Position numbers and translations under genes: made by a program | Notes under the pieces: generated by a model | What the model was told of the DNA's origin: nothing | Seen by the model: only the letters and a program-made list of their open reading frames with translations | Database searches by the model: none | Shown: piece by piece, positions 1-9,691 of the stretch | How positions within the stretch are numbered: position 1 is the stretch's first letter | Layout of the letters: every line of letters begins with the position of its first letter | DNA from: a virus | Taxonomy: Duplodnaviria > Caudoviricetes | DNA length: 52,473 nucleotides | Reading direction: 5' to 3' (one strand) | IMG/VR virus record: IMGVR_UViG_3300009597_000016 | Coordinates: 1 to 52,473 of that record

Positions 1-696
1 CAGTTATTATCCAAGGGAACAACCAACGCGAAAACGATTAAAAACGTGTTGCCCACATTTATACTATACCTTGCGCCTTATCGGACTGCATTAAGTTCGT
101 ACAACGTATGCCCAATGGCCACAAAAGGATGCATCGAAAGTTGTTTGTTTACTGCAGGACGTGGAATATTCAATAATGTAATGAGCGCACGTATCCGCAA
201 GACTAAATTTTTCTTAGAAAATCAACTAGGGTTTTTGGTTCAATTGTCTAACGAGCTTACAAAGATCAATAGCAAAGGTATTAAGACTGCCATAAGGTTA
301 AACGGTACAAGCGATATTGATTTAATTAAGTTGTTAAGGGTAAAATTAAACTTTGATTGCCTAGCCTTGAAACATCTTGTGTTTTATGATTACACCAAAA
401 TACCTAACAAGGTCGAAAACTACAAAGGGCAAAAGTATACTCTAACTTTCTCCAGATCGGAAACCAATTGGTCGGACTGTCTTAACATGCTGAATGCTGG
501 AATAAATGTTAGCGTGTTGTTTGATCACAAAAAACCTTTGCCCAAAGTGTACGAAGGTTTCAAGGTAGTCGACGGCGATAAGTCCGACATAGTAATGATG
601 AAACATAAGGGAGTAATTCTCGGATTACGTGCTAAGGGCAAAGCAAAGAAAGATGCAACCGGTTTTGTAGTAAGGGACTTAAACAAGGTAGCATGA
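1..696 (+). CDS. Gp88-like phage protein (radical-SAM-like Cys cluster), 5'-truncated
   Basis: Frame is open from base 1 (QLLSKGTTNAKT...). Motifs CPMATKGCIESC, RLNGTSD, FYDYTK, DGDKSD and GLRAKG. Confidence 0.7.
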   Translation, partial: QLLSKGTTNAKTIKNVLPTFILYLAPYRTALSSYNVCPMATKGCIESCLFTAGRGIFNNVMSARIRKTKFFLENQLGFLVQLSNELTKINSKGIKTAIRLNGTSDIDLIKLLRVKLNFDCLALKHLVFYDYTKIPNKVENYKGQKYTLTFSRSETNWSDCLNMLNAGINVSVLFDHKKPLPKVYEGFKVVDGDKSDIVMMKHKGVILGLRAKGKAKKDATGFVVRDLNKVA

Positions 697-908
697 AATT
701 GCACGGACGTAAAAAAGAAGTAATAGTAACTATTGATATTAATACGTACGTGTTATTGATTGATAGTGCAAACAAGGTTGTAAAAATTCAGTATACTGAA
801 CAAACAACCTTAAGGGAATTGCGCGACAAAATTGATCATCTAATAAATGAGCTGGGTTTTGTCCCTGTCAAAATTGTATCTAAGAAAGTAAAACAATTTA
901 AATTTTAA
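693..908 (+). CDS. Hypothetical early protein
   Basis: 71-aa ORF in the AT-rich block, adjoining the previous gene. Confidence 0.6.
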   Translation: MKLHGRKKEVIVTIDINTYVLLIDSANKVVKIQYTEQTTLRELRDKIDHLINELGFVPVKIVSKKVKQFKF

Positions 909-912
909 ACTT

Positions 913-1299
913 ATGAGAAACACAATAAAAGAAATTGAACAATTTTTCGCCCTTGCTATTGAGCAAATAAGAAAGGACGACAACTATGGTATGCCGACTA
1001 CTAAAGAGGAGTGGATAAAATACGTTGACACGTTAGGACTGCAGGTTAATTGGATATTACGTGATAGTGATAAGATACCGTCTAACGATATCGAGATGTG
1101 TAAGGACTTATTTGATACAAGGGATACTGACGGGGTTACGTATTACATGCATCCTGTCAATAACGAGGGTTATGGTAACAAGGTGCACTATGTACAATTC
1201 CCTAGTGGTGAATATCAATGTTTCATTTGTAACGATAGTATTGAAACGTACGACCTTGATGAGCTTAAGGCGTGGATAGATAAGCAAGCCAGTCTATAG
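913..1299 (+). CDS. Hypothetical early protein
   Basis: 128-aa ORF with an AT-rich leader, followed by a terminator. Confidence 0.65.
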   Translation: MRNTIKEIEQFFALAIEQIRKDDNYGMPTTKEEWIKYVDTLGLQVNWILRDSDKIPSNDIEMCKDLFDTRDTDGVTYYMHPVNNEGYGNKVHYVQFPSGEYQCFICNDSIETYDLDELKAWIDKQASL

Positions 1300-1320
1300 T
1301 ACTTCTACCTTACTACATTC

Positions 1321-1351
1321 AATCCCTGACCTGATAAGTCAGGGATTTTTT
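1321..1351 (+). terminator. Rho-independent terminator ending the early block
   Basis: AATCCCTGAC-ctgataa-GTCAGGGATT followed by a T run. Confidence 0.85.
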
Positions 1352-1763
1352 GTGCCCAATCCCAGGCACGTTTCCCAAACCAGGAATCAGGTCCAATTCA
1401 GGATATAGGTACCAAATAGGGAAACATATCAGATCTGAGAAAACATATCGAAATCGGGCCATTCATACCAGACCTGTATCGAAGTCTATTCATTGTGTAT
1501 ATCGTACACAATGGAGACTATTATCCCAACTTGAGACACCTTGTTAGATAACTAGTATTATGTTAAGTAGTGCAACGATCATCGCAACACATAGGGGGGT
1601 ATCCTCGCAATCGATTGCACCAGACAAAGGGGGCCGTCGCATCGACCAGAAACCTATTTCATGGTATATAAACGGGCTTACAGCTATTTTTACAGGTAAA
1701 TTTACGTATATATATTATATCGTAGGGCTTAGAAATTGGGAAAAAACGCATATTTTTAGTGCC

Positions 1764-2144
1764 ATGGAGAAGAAAGAATGGGTTCCTGTAGAGGTTGTAG
1801 ACCCTGAAACGGGGGAGACTCACATAGAAGAGCGGCTTTATAACAAGAATGGCTACCTGACTAAACCCCCGAAGGGTGTCCCGCAGAATCGCGGTGCAGG
1901 CCGTAAGAAGAAGATCCCCGAGCTGGATACCTTGCTTGCTGACATTCTGGGTCAGAAGGACAAGTCAGGTAACACCGCTGCCATGCTGATCCTGGCGGCC
2001 ATCCGCAAGAAGGCACTGGCAGGCGATGTCCGGGCAGCTGAAGTGCTGATGGACCGTGCCTGGGGTAAAGCACGGCAGGAGATTAACGTGAATAAGACCG
2101 AGCGTCAGTTTATCCTCATCGGAGAACAGAAGATCGAATTTTAA
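1764..2144 (+). CDS. Putative terminase small subunit
   Basis: ATG 1764 within ORF 1560-2144. KGVPQN-GAGRKKK and ALAGDVRAAEVLMDRAWGK are typical TerS-like segments; lies upstream of TerL. Confidence 0.65.
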   Translation: MEKKEWVPVEVVDPETGETHIEERLYNKNGYLTKPPKGVPQNRGAGRKKKIPELDTLLADILGQKDKSGNTAAMLILAAIRKKALAGDVRAAEVLMDRAWGKARQEINVNKTERQFILIGEQKIEF

Positions 2145-2167
2145 CTCTCGTGGCATCCCCCTGAAAC

Positions 2168-2371
2168 ATGGCTAACCTCTTCACTCCCGCTGCGCGGGTT
2201 CGTCCCACAAAACTCCCAACGATTAAGATGGGACATAATAGCACTACGTTCATTGATGTTGACATGTCAAAAGGAAAATGGACTAAGATAAGAACCATTG
2301 ATGGTGACCAGGAGACTGTTGTTAAGAATACTCTGTGGTATAGAATTAAACGTTTTTTTCATCGTGGCTAA
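2168..2371 (+). CDS. Hypothetical protein
   Basis: 67-aa ORF between TerS and TerL, overlapping the TerL start. Confidence 0.55.
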   Translation: MANLFTPAARVRPTKLPTIKMGHNSTTFIDVDMSKGKWTKIRTIDGDQETVVKNTLWYRIKRFFHRG

Positions 2372-3689
2372 AGTCTTTGAACCGTTCCCCAAGCAAGAGG
2401 AGTTCATACAGGCGGTACTCTCTGGCAAATATTCATTATTATGCTACGGAGGGGCTATGGGAGGAGGCAAGTCCTATGTGTGCTTGATGACCTTGATTCT
2501 CCTCGCTAAGATCTACCCTAAGAGCAAATGGTGCGTCATAAGAGAATCCTTACCAACAATAAAAAAAACCACCCTCGAAACATTCAACAAGCTGGTCCCC
2601 CAGAGTTTCGTTACGACATATAATCAGCAGGAATTTACTTACACCTTCAACAATGGATCACAAATATTCTTCATGGCCGAGGACTTCCGTAACGACAAGG
2701 ACTTCGACAGATTCAAGGGCCTCGAGGTTAATGGCTTCTTACTCGAGCAGATCGAAGAACTCCAGGAAGAACTCCTCAGTGTTTGCTTCGTTCGTGCAGG
2801 AAGGCATAATATTGAGAAGATGCCGCCACGTCCTCTCATCTTGTGCAACGTTAACCCTACACTGGCATGGCCCAAGCAGAAGATTTACGATCGACACAGG
2901 GAAAACAATCTACCGCCGGATTGGTATTATCAACCAGCGCGAATCATGGATAACCCCGTACTGTACAACGATGTCCAGTACATGCACAACGTGACAGCAC
3001 ACTTGGACGATCTCACAAGACGTCGATTAATCGAAGGAGACTGGTCTGCATTCGCCATTGACAAACCTTACTTATACAATTTTTCATTAGACCGTCATGT
3101 AAAAAAGGCGTTTACGCCTAACCCTTACATTCCAATAATGATATCCTTCGACTTCAACGTAGAACCGATGACCGCTATCATCGGGCAGAAGTTAGATGGG
3201 AGGACCGGATACATCTTTGACGAGATGGAGATCTCCACTGGCTCAACGGAGGAGATGTGTAACCTGATCGTAGCGAAGTACAAGGATTGGATCTACAATG
3301 ACAATGCGCACATCACTGGTGACGCGACTGGACGTAACAGACAGGCGCTACTGGAAGGGAACCTCAATCATTACAGAGTGATCAAGGAGACGCTGGAGTT
3401 GCGTGACTCAGCATTGAAGGTTCCACTACAGAACCCAGCCCACAAGGATTCAAGGGTGTTGGGTAATTCTCTCCTGCAACATGCGAATTACTTCATCACC
3501 GAGAATTGCAGACGGACCATCAACGATTGTATCTACGCCGAGGTGAATGATATAGGGGAGCTGATCAAGACCAAGCAGGCGGGGAGGCACTTCTTCGATA
3601 ACTATCGGTACATGTACCACGCGTGGTATCCTGACTTCATTAGTAAGCCGTGGAAGTATGCACCTGAACAATTTGAATCGGCAGCATGA
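2364..3689 (+). CDS. terL: Terminase large subunit
   Basis: Walker A GGAMGGGKS, Walker-B-like FLLEQIEE, coupling motif CNVNP, nuclease motifs SFDFN and HFFDNYRY. Probable GTG start at 2364. Confidence 0.9.
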   Translation: MAKVFEPFPKQEEFIQAVLSGKYSLLCYGGAMGGGKSYVCLMTLILLAKIYPKSKWCVIRESLPTIKKTTLETFNKLVPQSFVTTYNQQEFTYTFNNGSQIFFMAEDFRNDKDFDRFKGLEVNGFLLEQIEELQEELLSVCFVRAGRHNIEKMPPRPLILCNVNPTLAWPKQKIYDRHRENNLPPDWYYQPARIMDNPVLYNDVQYMHNVTAHLDDLTRRRLIEGDWSAFAIDKPYLYNFSLDRHVKKAFTPNPYIPIMISFDFNVEPMTAIIGQKLDGRTGYIFDEMEISTGSTEEMCNLIVAKYKDWIYNDNAHITGDATGRNRQALLEGNLNHYRVIKETLELRDSALKVPLQNPAHKDSRVLGNSLLQHANYFITENCRRTINDCIYAEVNDIGELIKTKQAGRHFFDNYRYMYHAWYPDFISKPWKYAPEQFESAA

Positions 3690-4252
3690 TCTTCACCATC
3701 GTAGGCTGCGGAGACAGCGCGAAATCATGGACACCCATCGGCACGAGTATCGGATCCAACGACTGCGAGAAGTGGGGAAGAGGAGTCGATCATCTTATAT
3801 TAGCAAATCACCCAGGTAAATTTAAGAATGGAAGACTCAACATCATCAAACGAACGAAAGCGCAAGTTCATACTACATCACGCAGGCTCTGGCAACAAAA
3901 CCTCCCATGTTGTTTGCAGCTTAATCGAGTGGTGTCGTTTAACACACGTTTGCTCAACGGGTTTATCTACACCTCCTCCACAACTCCCATCATGTGCATG
4001 TCGCTGGCGATCCGTATGGGCGCGACTGAGTTGATACTATGGGGAGTAGATATGCTGAATCATCATGCGTACTATCAGGGGAGCAAGTTGGGTAACCGCG
4101 AGATCGGCGTGTATCATAAGTTCTTCCAGGCATGTACAGCGAAAGGAATTAAAGTCTATCTTGGCGCACATGGAACCGCATTCGACAAAACACTACCGCT
4201 ATGGACTACTGTACCATCACTCCCACTCGAGATGACAGACCCCAGTTCCTAG
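3686..4252 (+). CDS. Nucleotide-sugar-related transferase-like protein (DUF115/MptE- or sialyltransferase-like fold)
   Basis: N-terminal IVGCGDSA and later MGATELILWGVDM; first gene of the glycan block. Confidence 0.5.
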   Translation: MIFTIVGCGDSAKSWTPIGTSIGSNDCEKWGRGVDHLILANHPGKFKNGRLNIIKRTKAQVHTTSRRLWQQNLPCCLQLNRVVSFNTRLLNGFIYTSSTTPIMCMSLAIRMGATELILWGVDMLNHHAYYQGSKLGNREIGVYHKFFQACTAKGIKVYLGAHGTAFDKTLPLWTTVPSLPLEMTDPSS

Positions 4253-4827
4253 CGTTCTGTAAACATCAGCTTGATCGAATGAGTGAGGGCAGACCTAACT
4301 TCATTGTCGATTATAAGCCGCGAGGTACATTCCCGGATCTGGTCCCACGCATACAGGTTGGTATTGAACTAGCCAAGGAAGCTGGATGCGAATATATTTT
4401 CATTGTGGAAAACGATGACTATTATCCGATCGATTATCTTAGGACCAAAGTGTTAGACTTCGATTTCTGGGGATGTGAAACCACAACGTATTACAATTTA
4501 AAAACAAGATCGTATGCAAGATACCCGCATAAGAATAGATCTTCACTCTTCTGCACTGGATTTAAGGTGGAAGCTATGCAGGACTTTCATTGGCCTAGCG
4601 ATACATCGGTTTTTCTTGATCTGGAGATCTGGGACTATGCAGTCAGGAAGAGGAAGCGTATCTCGCTGGACCAGCATAACCCGTGCCTTGGCATTAAGCA
4701 TGGCATTGGTATGTGTGGTGGTCGTGGTCACAAGTGGGATATGGTTCACAAGGACAAGGATCTCTCCTACCTCAAGAATACCGTAGATGAAGATGCATTT
4801 GAATTTTATAAAAGTTTGCAACTATGA
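4201..4827 (+). CDS. GT-A fold glycosyltransferase
   Basis: ITPTR-DRPQFL start and YIFIVENDDYY (DxD-like) motif. Confidence 0.7.
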   Translation: MDYCTITPTRDDRPQFLAFCKHQLDRMSEGRPNFIVDYKPRGTFPDLVPRIQVGIELAKEAGCEYIFIVENDDYYPIDYLRTKVLDFDFWGCETTTYYNLKTRSYARYPHKNRSSLFCTGFKVEAMQDFHWPSDTSVFLDLEIWDYAVRKRKRISLDQHNPCLGIKHGIGMCGGRGHKWDMVHKDKDLSYLKNTVDEDAFEFYKSLQL

Positions 4828-5018
4828 ATATCACCGTGGACTATTCCAAACACATGATCAATGCCGCTGAACACAAGATCATGGATATACTCAATGACCT
4901 GGAGAAAGACATTGGAATGAGTGTCATCAACATCCGGTATCAGGTGATCAAGGAAGAGGGGTTCGGTGTCAAGCCGATTGAGACATTGATAGACCTGAAG
5001 ATCGTAGTGGAGCTATGA
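4824..5018 (+). CDS. Hypothetical protein
   Basis: 64 aa, ATGA-coupled on both sides. Confidence 0.6.
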   Translation: MNITVDYSKHMINAAEHKIMDILNDLEKDIGMSVINIRYQVIKEEGFGVKPIETLIDLKIVVEL

Positions 5019-5731
5019 AGATCAGTATTCTCCATCCCTCAAGAGGAAGATCCGAACAGGCGTTCCTGGCTATGTGTAACTTCACGGATATGATGTCGCA
5101 CACTATTGACTATGAGTATATCCTCTCCGTTGATACCGATGATAAGAGTCCGTATACCTTCATCGATGTGGGGTTCGGTGAACGGTACAAGAAGATCATC
5201 AACGACAATCATAACGTAGTACAGGCAGCCAACGCTGCTGCTGAGATAGCCACTGGTGATATATTGATCTTAATATCTGATGACTTCACGGCGCATAGGC
5301 ACTGGGATATAACCATCACCCAGGCATTGGAAGGTAAGAGTGGTATACTCAAGACCTATGACGGGGTGCAACGCTGGATTGTTACCTTGCCTATAATGAC
5401 GGGGGATTACTACGATGAGCAGGGACACATCTACTATCCCAAGTTCGAACATATGTTCTGCGATACCGACCAAACGCATAAGGCCGACCTTGAAAAAAAA
5501 TTAATAATAAGAAATGATATCGTCTTTCTCCACCATCATTATTCAACCGAAGGAGGCTGGCCCAAGGATGCCATCAGCAGGAAGGCTGATCTCACCTGGA
5601 AGCAGGGTGAGGCCGTGTACCTACAGCGTTGTATGAATAGGTTCGGACTTGGGGATATAGACATATACGACCTATCACCGGAAGCCAAGAAGGCAGGACA
5701 TGTAGCGTGGTTAAAGAAGAAGTTACGATGA
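5015..5731 (+). CDS. Glycosyltransferase family 2-like
   Basis: ISILHPSRGR, ATGDILILISDDF and HMFCDTD motifs. Confidence 0.8.
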   Translation: MKISILHPSRGRSEQAFLAMCNFTDMMSHTIDYEYILSVDTDDKSPYTFIDVGFGERYKKIINDNHNVVQAANAAAEIATGDILILISDDFTAHRHWDITITQALEGKSGILKTYDGVQRWIVTLPIMTGDYYDEQGHIYYPKFEHMFCDTDQTHKADLEKKLIIRNDIVFLHHHYSTEGGWPKDAISRKADLTWKQGEAVYLQRCMNRFGLGDIDIYDLSPEAKKAGHVAWLKKKLR

Positions 5732-6300
5732 AGCTCTCTGTTCTCATCGCTACTACTGTTGATCGCCGCGAGATGTTCGGTAAGCTCATGGAAGAGTTCG
5801 CCACACAGGCCACCGATGAAGTTCAGATCTTATTCGAAGAGGATGACAAGAAGATGTCCATTGGTCGTAAGCGACAGCTACTCCTTGAACGCGCTGAAGG
5901 CGATTATATCGTATATTTCGATTCGGATGATTTCCCTTACCCTAACTATTTGTCAGAGATCCTCACAGCGCTGGATAGTGGTCCAGACTGTGTGGGGTTT
6001 CTGATACATATGACAACCAATGGGAAGCACCCACAAGTATGCTGTCATTCACTCAGGTTCAAGGCCTGGGCCAAACATGTACATGGTTATGATTATGTAC
6101 GAGGTGTGACACACTTCAATCCAGTTAGACGGGAGCTTGCGTTAAAGATTGGGTTTCCTGATCTTCGGTTCGGGGAAGACAAGATCTACAGTGATCGTAT
6201 CACCAGGATCTGCCGGAAGGAAGTATTCATTAACAAGAAGCTGTTTCATTACAGATATACCAATGCAGTCCCACATCGTCAAAAATACGGAATCAAATGA
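5728..6300 (+). CDS. Glycosyltransferase family 2
   Basis: KLSVLIAT, AEGDYIVYFDSDD and FGED motifs. Confidence 0.85.
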   Translation: MKLSVLIATTVDRREMFGKLMEEFATQATDEVQILFEEDDKKMSIGRKRQLLLERAEGDYIVYFDSDDFPYPNYLSEILTALDSGPDCVGFLIHMTTNGKHPQVCCHSLRFKAWAKHVHGYDYVRGVTHFNPVRRELALKIGFPDLRFGEDKIYSDRITRICRKEVFINKKLFHYRYTNAVPHRQKYGIK

Positions 6301-6998
6301 ACGCAGCTATAGTCGCATTAATCAGAGGATATAAAGATCAGGATGGGTACAAGACGCTCATTAACCGTAATACAGCGGTTGAACGGTTTTTCGGCGATAA
6401 GTATCCCCTGGTCTTCTTCCACGAAGGCAACATCAAGCAGCGGGATCAGTTGCATATCAAAGGGCAAACACCCACGCTGAACATGTCCTTCGTGGATATC
6501 TCTGATCGCTGGACCGGAGGCTATGAAGGGATGTGCAGATTCTATGCATATGACTTATGGGAGGTATGCCAGTACTACGAATACATCATGCGCATTGACG
6601 AAGATTGTATCCTGCTGGAGCGGGATCGGGATCCGTTTGATAACATCGGTGGTAACGTATACCTGAAGTCGGTCTTCTTCGCCGAGAGTCATAGCGAAAC
6701 CAATGCCACGCTGCCGCAGGAGATTGAACGTATCACCGGCAGGGAGAAGGCTACCTTCTACAACGACAAGTTCGTGTACACTAATGTCAGCCTGAGCAGT
6801 GTTAAGTTCTGGCGGGAGGGAGAAGTAGCCGATGTACTCCAGCTCCTAGCTAAGTCCAAAGAACAGCGCAGGAACAGATGGGGTGACCTTCCGATGTTAG
6901 GATCGCTGTTGAACATCTACGCACCGGATAGGATCGGTACATTGACGGGAATCAGGTACGCTCATATGTCACATGCTAACGTCATTACCTGTGAGTAG
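6297..6998 (+). CDS. GT15 (Kre2/Mnt1-like alpha-mannosyltransferase)-like glycosyltransferase
   Basis: YPLVFFHE, YEGMCRFY, YIMRIDED and RWGDLP match Kre2-family signatures. Confidence 0.7.
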   Translation: MNAAIVALIRGYKDQDGYKTLINRNTAVERFFGDKYPLVFFHEGNIKQRDQLHIKGQTPTLNMSFVDISDRWTGGYEGMCRFYAYDLWEVCQYYEYIMRIDEDCILLERDRDPFDNIGGNVYLKSVFFAESHSETNATLPQEIERITGREKATFYNDKFVYTNVSLSSVKFWREGEVADVLQLLAKSKEQRRNRWGDLPMLGSLLNIYAPDRIGTLTGIRYAHMSHANVITCE

Positions 6999-7659
6999 CT
7001 GGATTGATGAGATAGGGAACCAGCATTATAAGAAGTACAGCCAGTACGGGGAAGAAGGCTATCTCAAATTCATACTAAAGAACATTGGAACAACCAATCG
7101 CTTCCTCGTTGACATCGGAGCAAGCGATGGGAAGTACCTGTCGAACACGAAGATCTTCAGGGATGCAGGATGGGAATCAGTACTCATCGATGGCCGGAAG
7201 TTTCCAGGTGTAGTACAGAGCTACGTGACCGTTGAGAATATACTTAAGACATTGAATCTATATGGTGTACCTAAAGAATTCGATCTCCTCTCCATCGATA
7301 TTGATGGCAACGACTACTGGGTACTTAGTAAGTTACTCACTGAGTTCAGACCCAGACTCATCATATCTGAATATAACTCTGAATTTACCGACTCAAGGAC
7401 CATCGAGTACGATCCTACATTTTACTTTCGGGGAACCGACTATTATGGATATACGTTTGCGGCTGGACTTAAATTGGCAGAGCGAACAGGGTACAAAGTG
7501 ATCTTTCAGAATGCGCATTTGAATATGTATTACCTTCGCAATGACATAGCAGCTGGTGCATCGATAGAAGCTCCCAAGAAGGAGCATCTGTGGTGGCGCT
7601 TGAATGATGGACCGTATAAGAATAAAACCGATAATAGACTGGAATGGGTTCACGTATAA
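6973..7659 (+). CDS. FkbM-like SAM-dependent methyltransferase
   Basis: YSQYGEEG, VDIGASDGKYLSNT and FDLLSIDIDGNDYW. Start may be GTG 6991. Confidence 0.8.
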   Translation: MLTSLPVSSWIDEIGNQHYKKYSQYGEEGYLKFILKNIGTTNRFLVDIGASDGKYLSNTKIFRDAGWESVLIDGRKFPGVVQSYVTVENILKTLNLYGVPKEFDLLSIDIDGNDYWVLSKLLTEFRPRLIISEYNSEFTDSRTIEYDPTFYFRGTDYYGYTFAAGLKLAERTGYKVIFQNAHLNMYYLRNDIAAGASIEAPKKEHLWWRLNDGPYKNKTDNRLEWVHV

Positions 7660-8240
7660 TGGAGAGGGCGTATGAGGCCCGTAACTTAAGCGGGTTTGAA
7701 GGTGATACTATCATGGCCGATAAGATCAGGGAGCTGATCAAGTTCCATGCTATCGATCTGGTGATAGAATGCGGTACGTATCTCGGAGGTACTACACGCA
7801 GATTAGCCATGATGTGTAAGGAGGTAGCGACCATAGAGGTAAACCCGGATCATTACGGCAGAGCGAGGGCACTGCTTGAACCCTGCAAGAACACGGAGAT
7901 CTTCTGCGGATCAACGGTGGATATCCTGCCCATGCTACTGGATATCTATAAGGATCGTAATATGCTGCTGTTCATCGACAGCCATTGGGAAGAGCATAAT
8001 CCACTGCTGGAAGAATTAGAAATCATTCACAGGGTAGGCATCAAACCTGTGATTGCCATACATGATTTTAAAGTACCTGACCATCCCGAACTCGGTTACG
8101 ATATTTACAAAGACATTGTCTACGAGTGGGGGTGGATCAGGGAAGCCATTGAGCGTATCTATGGCAAAGATTATCGTATAGAATATAACTCCAAGGCTAC
8201 TGGTGCAATGAGGGGAATCATTTACATATGCGCCTTGTAA
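7659..8240 (+). CDS. Class I SAM-dependent methyltransferase
   Basis: VIECGTYLGGTT, TIEVN, FIDSH and IAIHD motifs. Confidence 0.8.
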   Translation: MERAYEARNLSGFEGDTIMADKIRELIKFHAIDLVIECGTYLGGTTRRLAMMCKEVATIEVNPDHYGRARALLEPCKNTEIFCGSTVDILPMLLDIYKDRNMLLFIDSHWEEHNPLLEELEIIHRVGIKPVIAIHDFKVPDHPELGYDIYKDIVYEWGWIREAIERIYGKDYRIEYNSKATGAMRGIIYICAL

Positions 8241-8980
8241 CGATCATATCTGCTTGGGGGGACACGATTGAACTCCTGCCGCACTGTATTGAGAATCATT
8301 TGTCTTTTGCTGATGGAGTAATCGTGGTGTGGAGTGAGATGAGTAACTACGGAGTACGGGATCCGAGGATGAAAGCCTTCACCCATCCGAAAGCGATATT
8401 TTTACAGTTAGAACCTACTCCCCGTCAGACACCAGCACGTAATGAACGCAGGAAGCGTAATGCCGGACTCGATGAAGCCAAGCGAAGAGGGTTCACCCAT
8501 TTTATCATTGCAGATGCGGATGAGTTTTACGATGCGCACCAGGTAGAGGTGGAAAAGCAGAAGTTCGACTCACCGCAGCTGCTTGGATTAGTCTGCGGAC
8601 TCAAAGTGTATATCCGTTATCCAACGCTGCGTACAGTGGACCACACGCTGGTCCCTTTCATTCATAAGTTAACACCTGAGATCATCTGTAAGGAGAACTA
8701 CGCTTATCCATTCTCCTCTGATAGAAGTGGTACACACATTGATCATACCAGACGGTTCAACATCAACAAGGGTGTGCAATGGTCTACCATTTTGATGCAC
8801 CACATGAGTTATGTACGCAAGGATATCAGTATGAAGATCAATAACTCCACAGCGAACTTGCGTGGATACAGAGCTGTCATTGAAGAGGAGCTAAAGAATG
8901 CCTGTCCTGGATATAAATCCAAGCTATACAACCGTGAGTTGGAAGAAGTCGAGAATATCTTTACATTACCAATATGGTGA
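8228..8980 (+). CDS. Glycosyltransferase family 2-like
   Basis: ERRKRNAGL, FIIADADEFY and MHHMSYVR motifs. Confidence 0.75.
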   Translation: MRLVTIISAWGDTIELLPHCIENHLSFADGVIVVWSEMSNYGVRDPRMKAFTHPKAIFLQLEPTPRQTPARNERRKRNAGLDEAKRRGFTHFIIADADEFYDAHQVEVEKQKFDSPQLLGLVCGLKVYIRYPTLRTVDHTLVPFIHKLTPEIICKENYAYPFSSDRSGTHIDHTRRFNINKGVQWSTILMHHMSYVRKDISMKINNSTANLRGYRAVIEEELKNACPGYKSKLYNRELEEVENIFTLPIW

Positions 8981-9297
8981 CGTTCTTTCAATCCATTGCC
9001 ACTGTGTGCCTGGGCATCTGGGGAATACACATCCTCTTTCAAGAAGGCCATTTACTTGAGCGCCCGGGCAACTGGATGCGTGATCGATCGCCTGAACCCT
9101 GGTGGACCAAGCCCTTGTTCGATTGTGCAGTCTGCATGAGTAGTGTGTGGGGGATCATCGGGTTCTTTGCAGTGGATTACTTCTTCAGTTTGCACATGCC
9201 GTACAGGCAGATAGTACCTTTTATATTCTGCTTGTGTGGACTCAATACCATCATTGCCAAGCTGACTACCAAGGAAAGGATAATCGTAGATGAATGA
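8974..9297 (+). CDS. DUF1360-like membrane protein
   Basis: Hydrophobic helices with KPLFDCAVCMSSVWG (CxxC). Confidence 0.55.
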   Translation: MVTFFQSIATVCLGIWGIHILFQEGHLLERPGNWMRDRSPEPWWTKPLFDCAVCMSSVWGIIGFFAVDYFFSLHMPYRQIVPFIFCLCGLNTIIAKLTTKERIIVDE

Positions 9298-9419
9298 GGC
9301 CGATACAGGAAATAGTGGTCTGGATAAAGACAGGTGAACTTAAGATCCTCGTCTACGGAGGTGTGACCATCGAGTACTATCAGTCCAAACCATTTATTGT
9401 AAGATTAACATTAAACTGA
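9294..9419 (+). CDS. Small hypothetical protein (41 aa)
   Basis: Manually translated MRPIQEIVVW...LTLN; coupled to both neighbours. Confidence 0.45.
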   Translation: MRPIQEIVVWIKTGELKILVYGGVTIEYYQSKPFIVRLTLN

Positions 9420-9691
9420 TGAGCATTATAGAAAAACTTTCAGACCGCGGTGGCTTTATTTACGAAGTCATCATGGTTACCTTGAAGAACAATCCTCCAA
9501 TGAACAAAGCGAAGTTACAGTACGAACTACTGAAGTGCGGAGTGTACATAAAAGCACCGCTGTTAGAGGCGGCCATAAATACATTGATTGAAAAGAAGTT
9601 ACTACCACCACCGAATGAAAAGAAAGAAGCCAGTCCCCAAGCGGAAACCGGTAAAACCCCCACTCCCATCGTACAACTTGAGCCACGATGA
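9419..9691 (+). CDS. Hypothetical protein
   Basis: 90-aa ORF in the operon. Confidence 0.55.
   Translation: MSIIEKLSDRGGFIYEVIMVTLKNNPPMNKAKLQYELLKCGVYIKAPLLEAAINTLIEKKLLPPPNEKKEASPQAETGKTPTPIVQLEPR

Noticed and set aside
1350-1763. ORF 1350-1547 and the N-terminal extension of TerS from 1560
   Set aside because: They lie right after a terminator and look non-coding; ATG 1764 is the more likely start.
2351-2366. Frameshift fusing the 2168 ORF to TerL at a T7 run
   Set aside because: TerL is in the +1 frame rather than -1, and GTG 2364 gives a plausible independent start.
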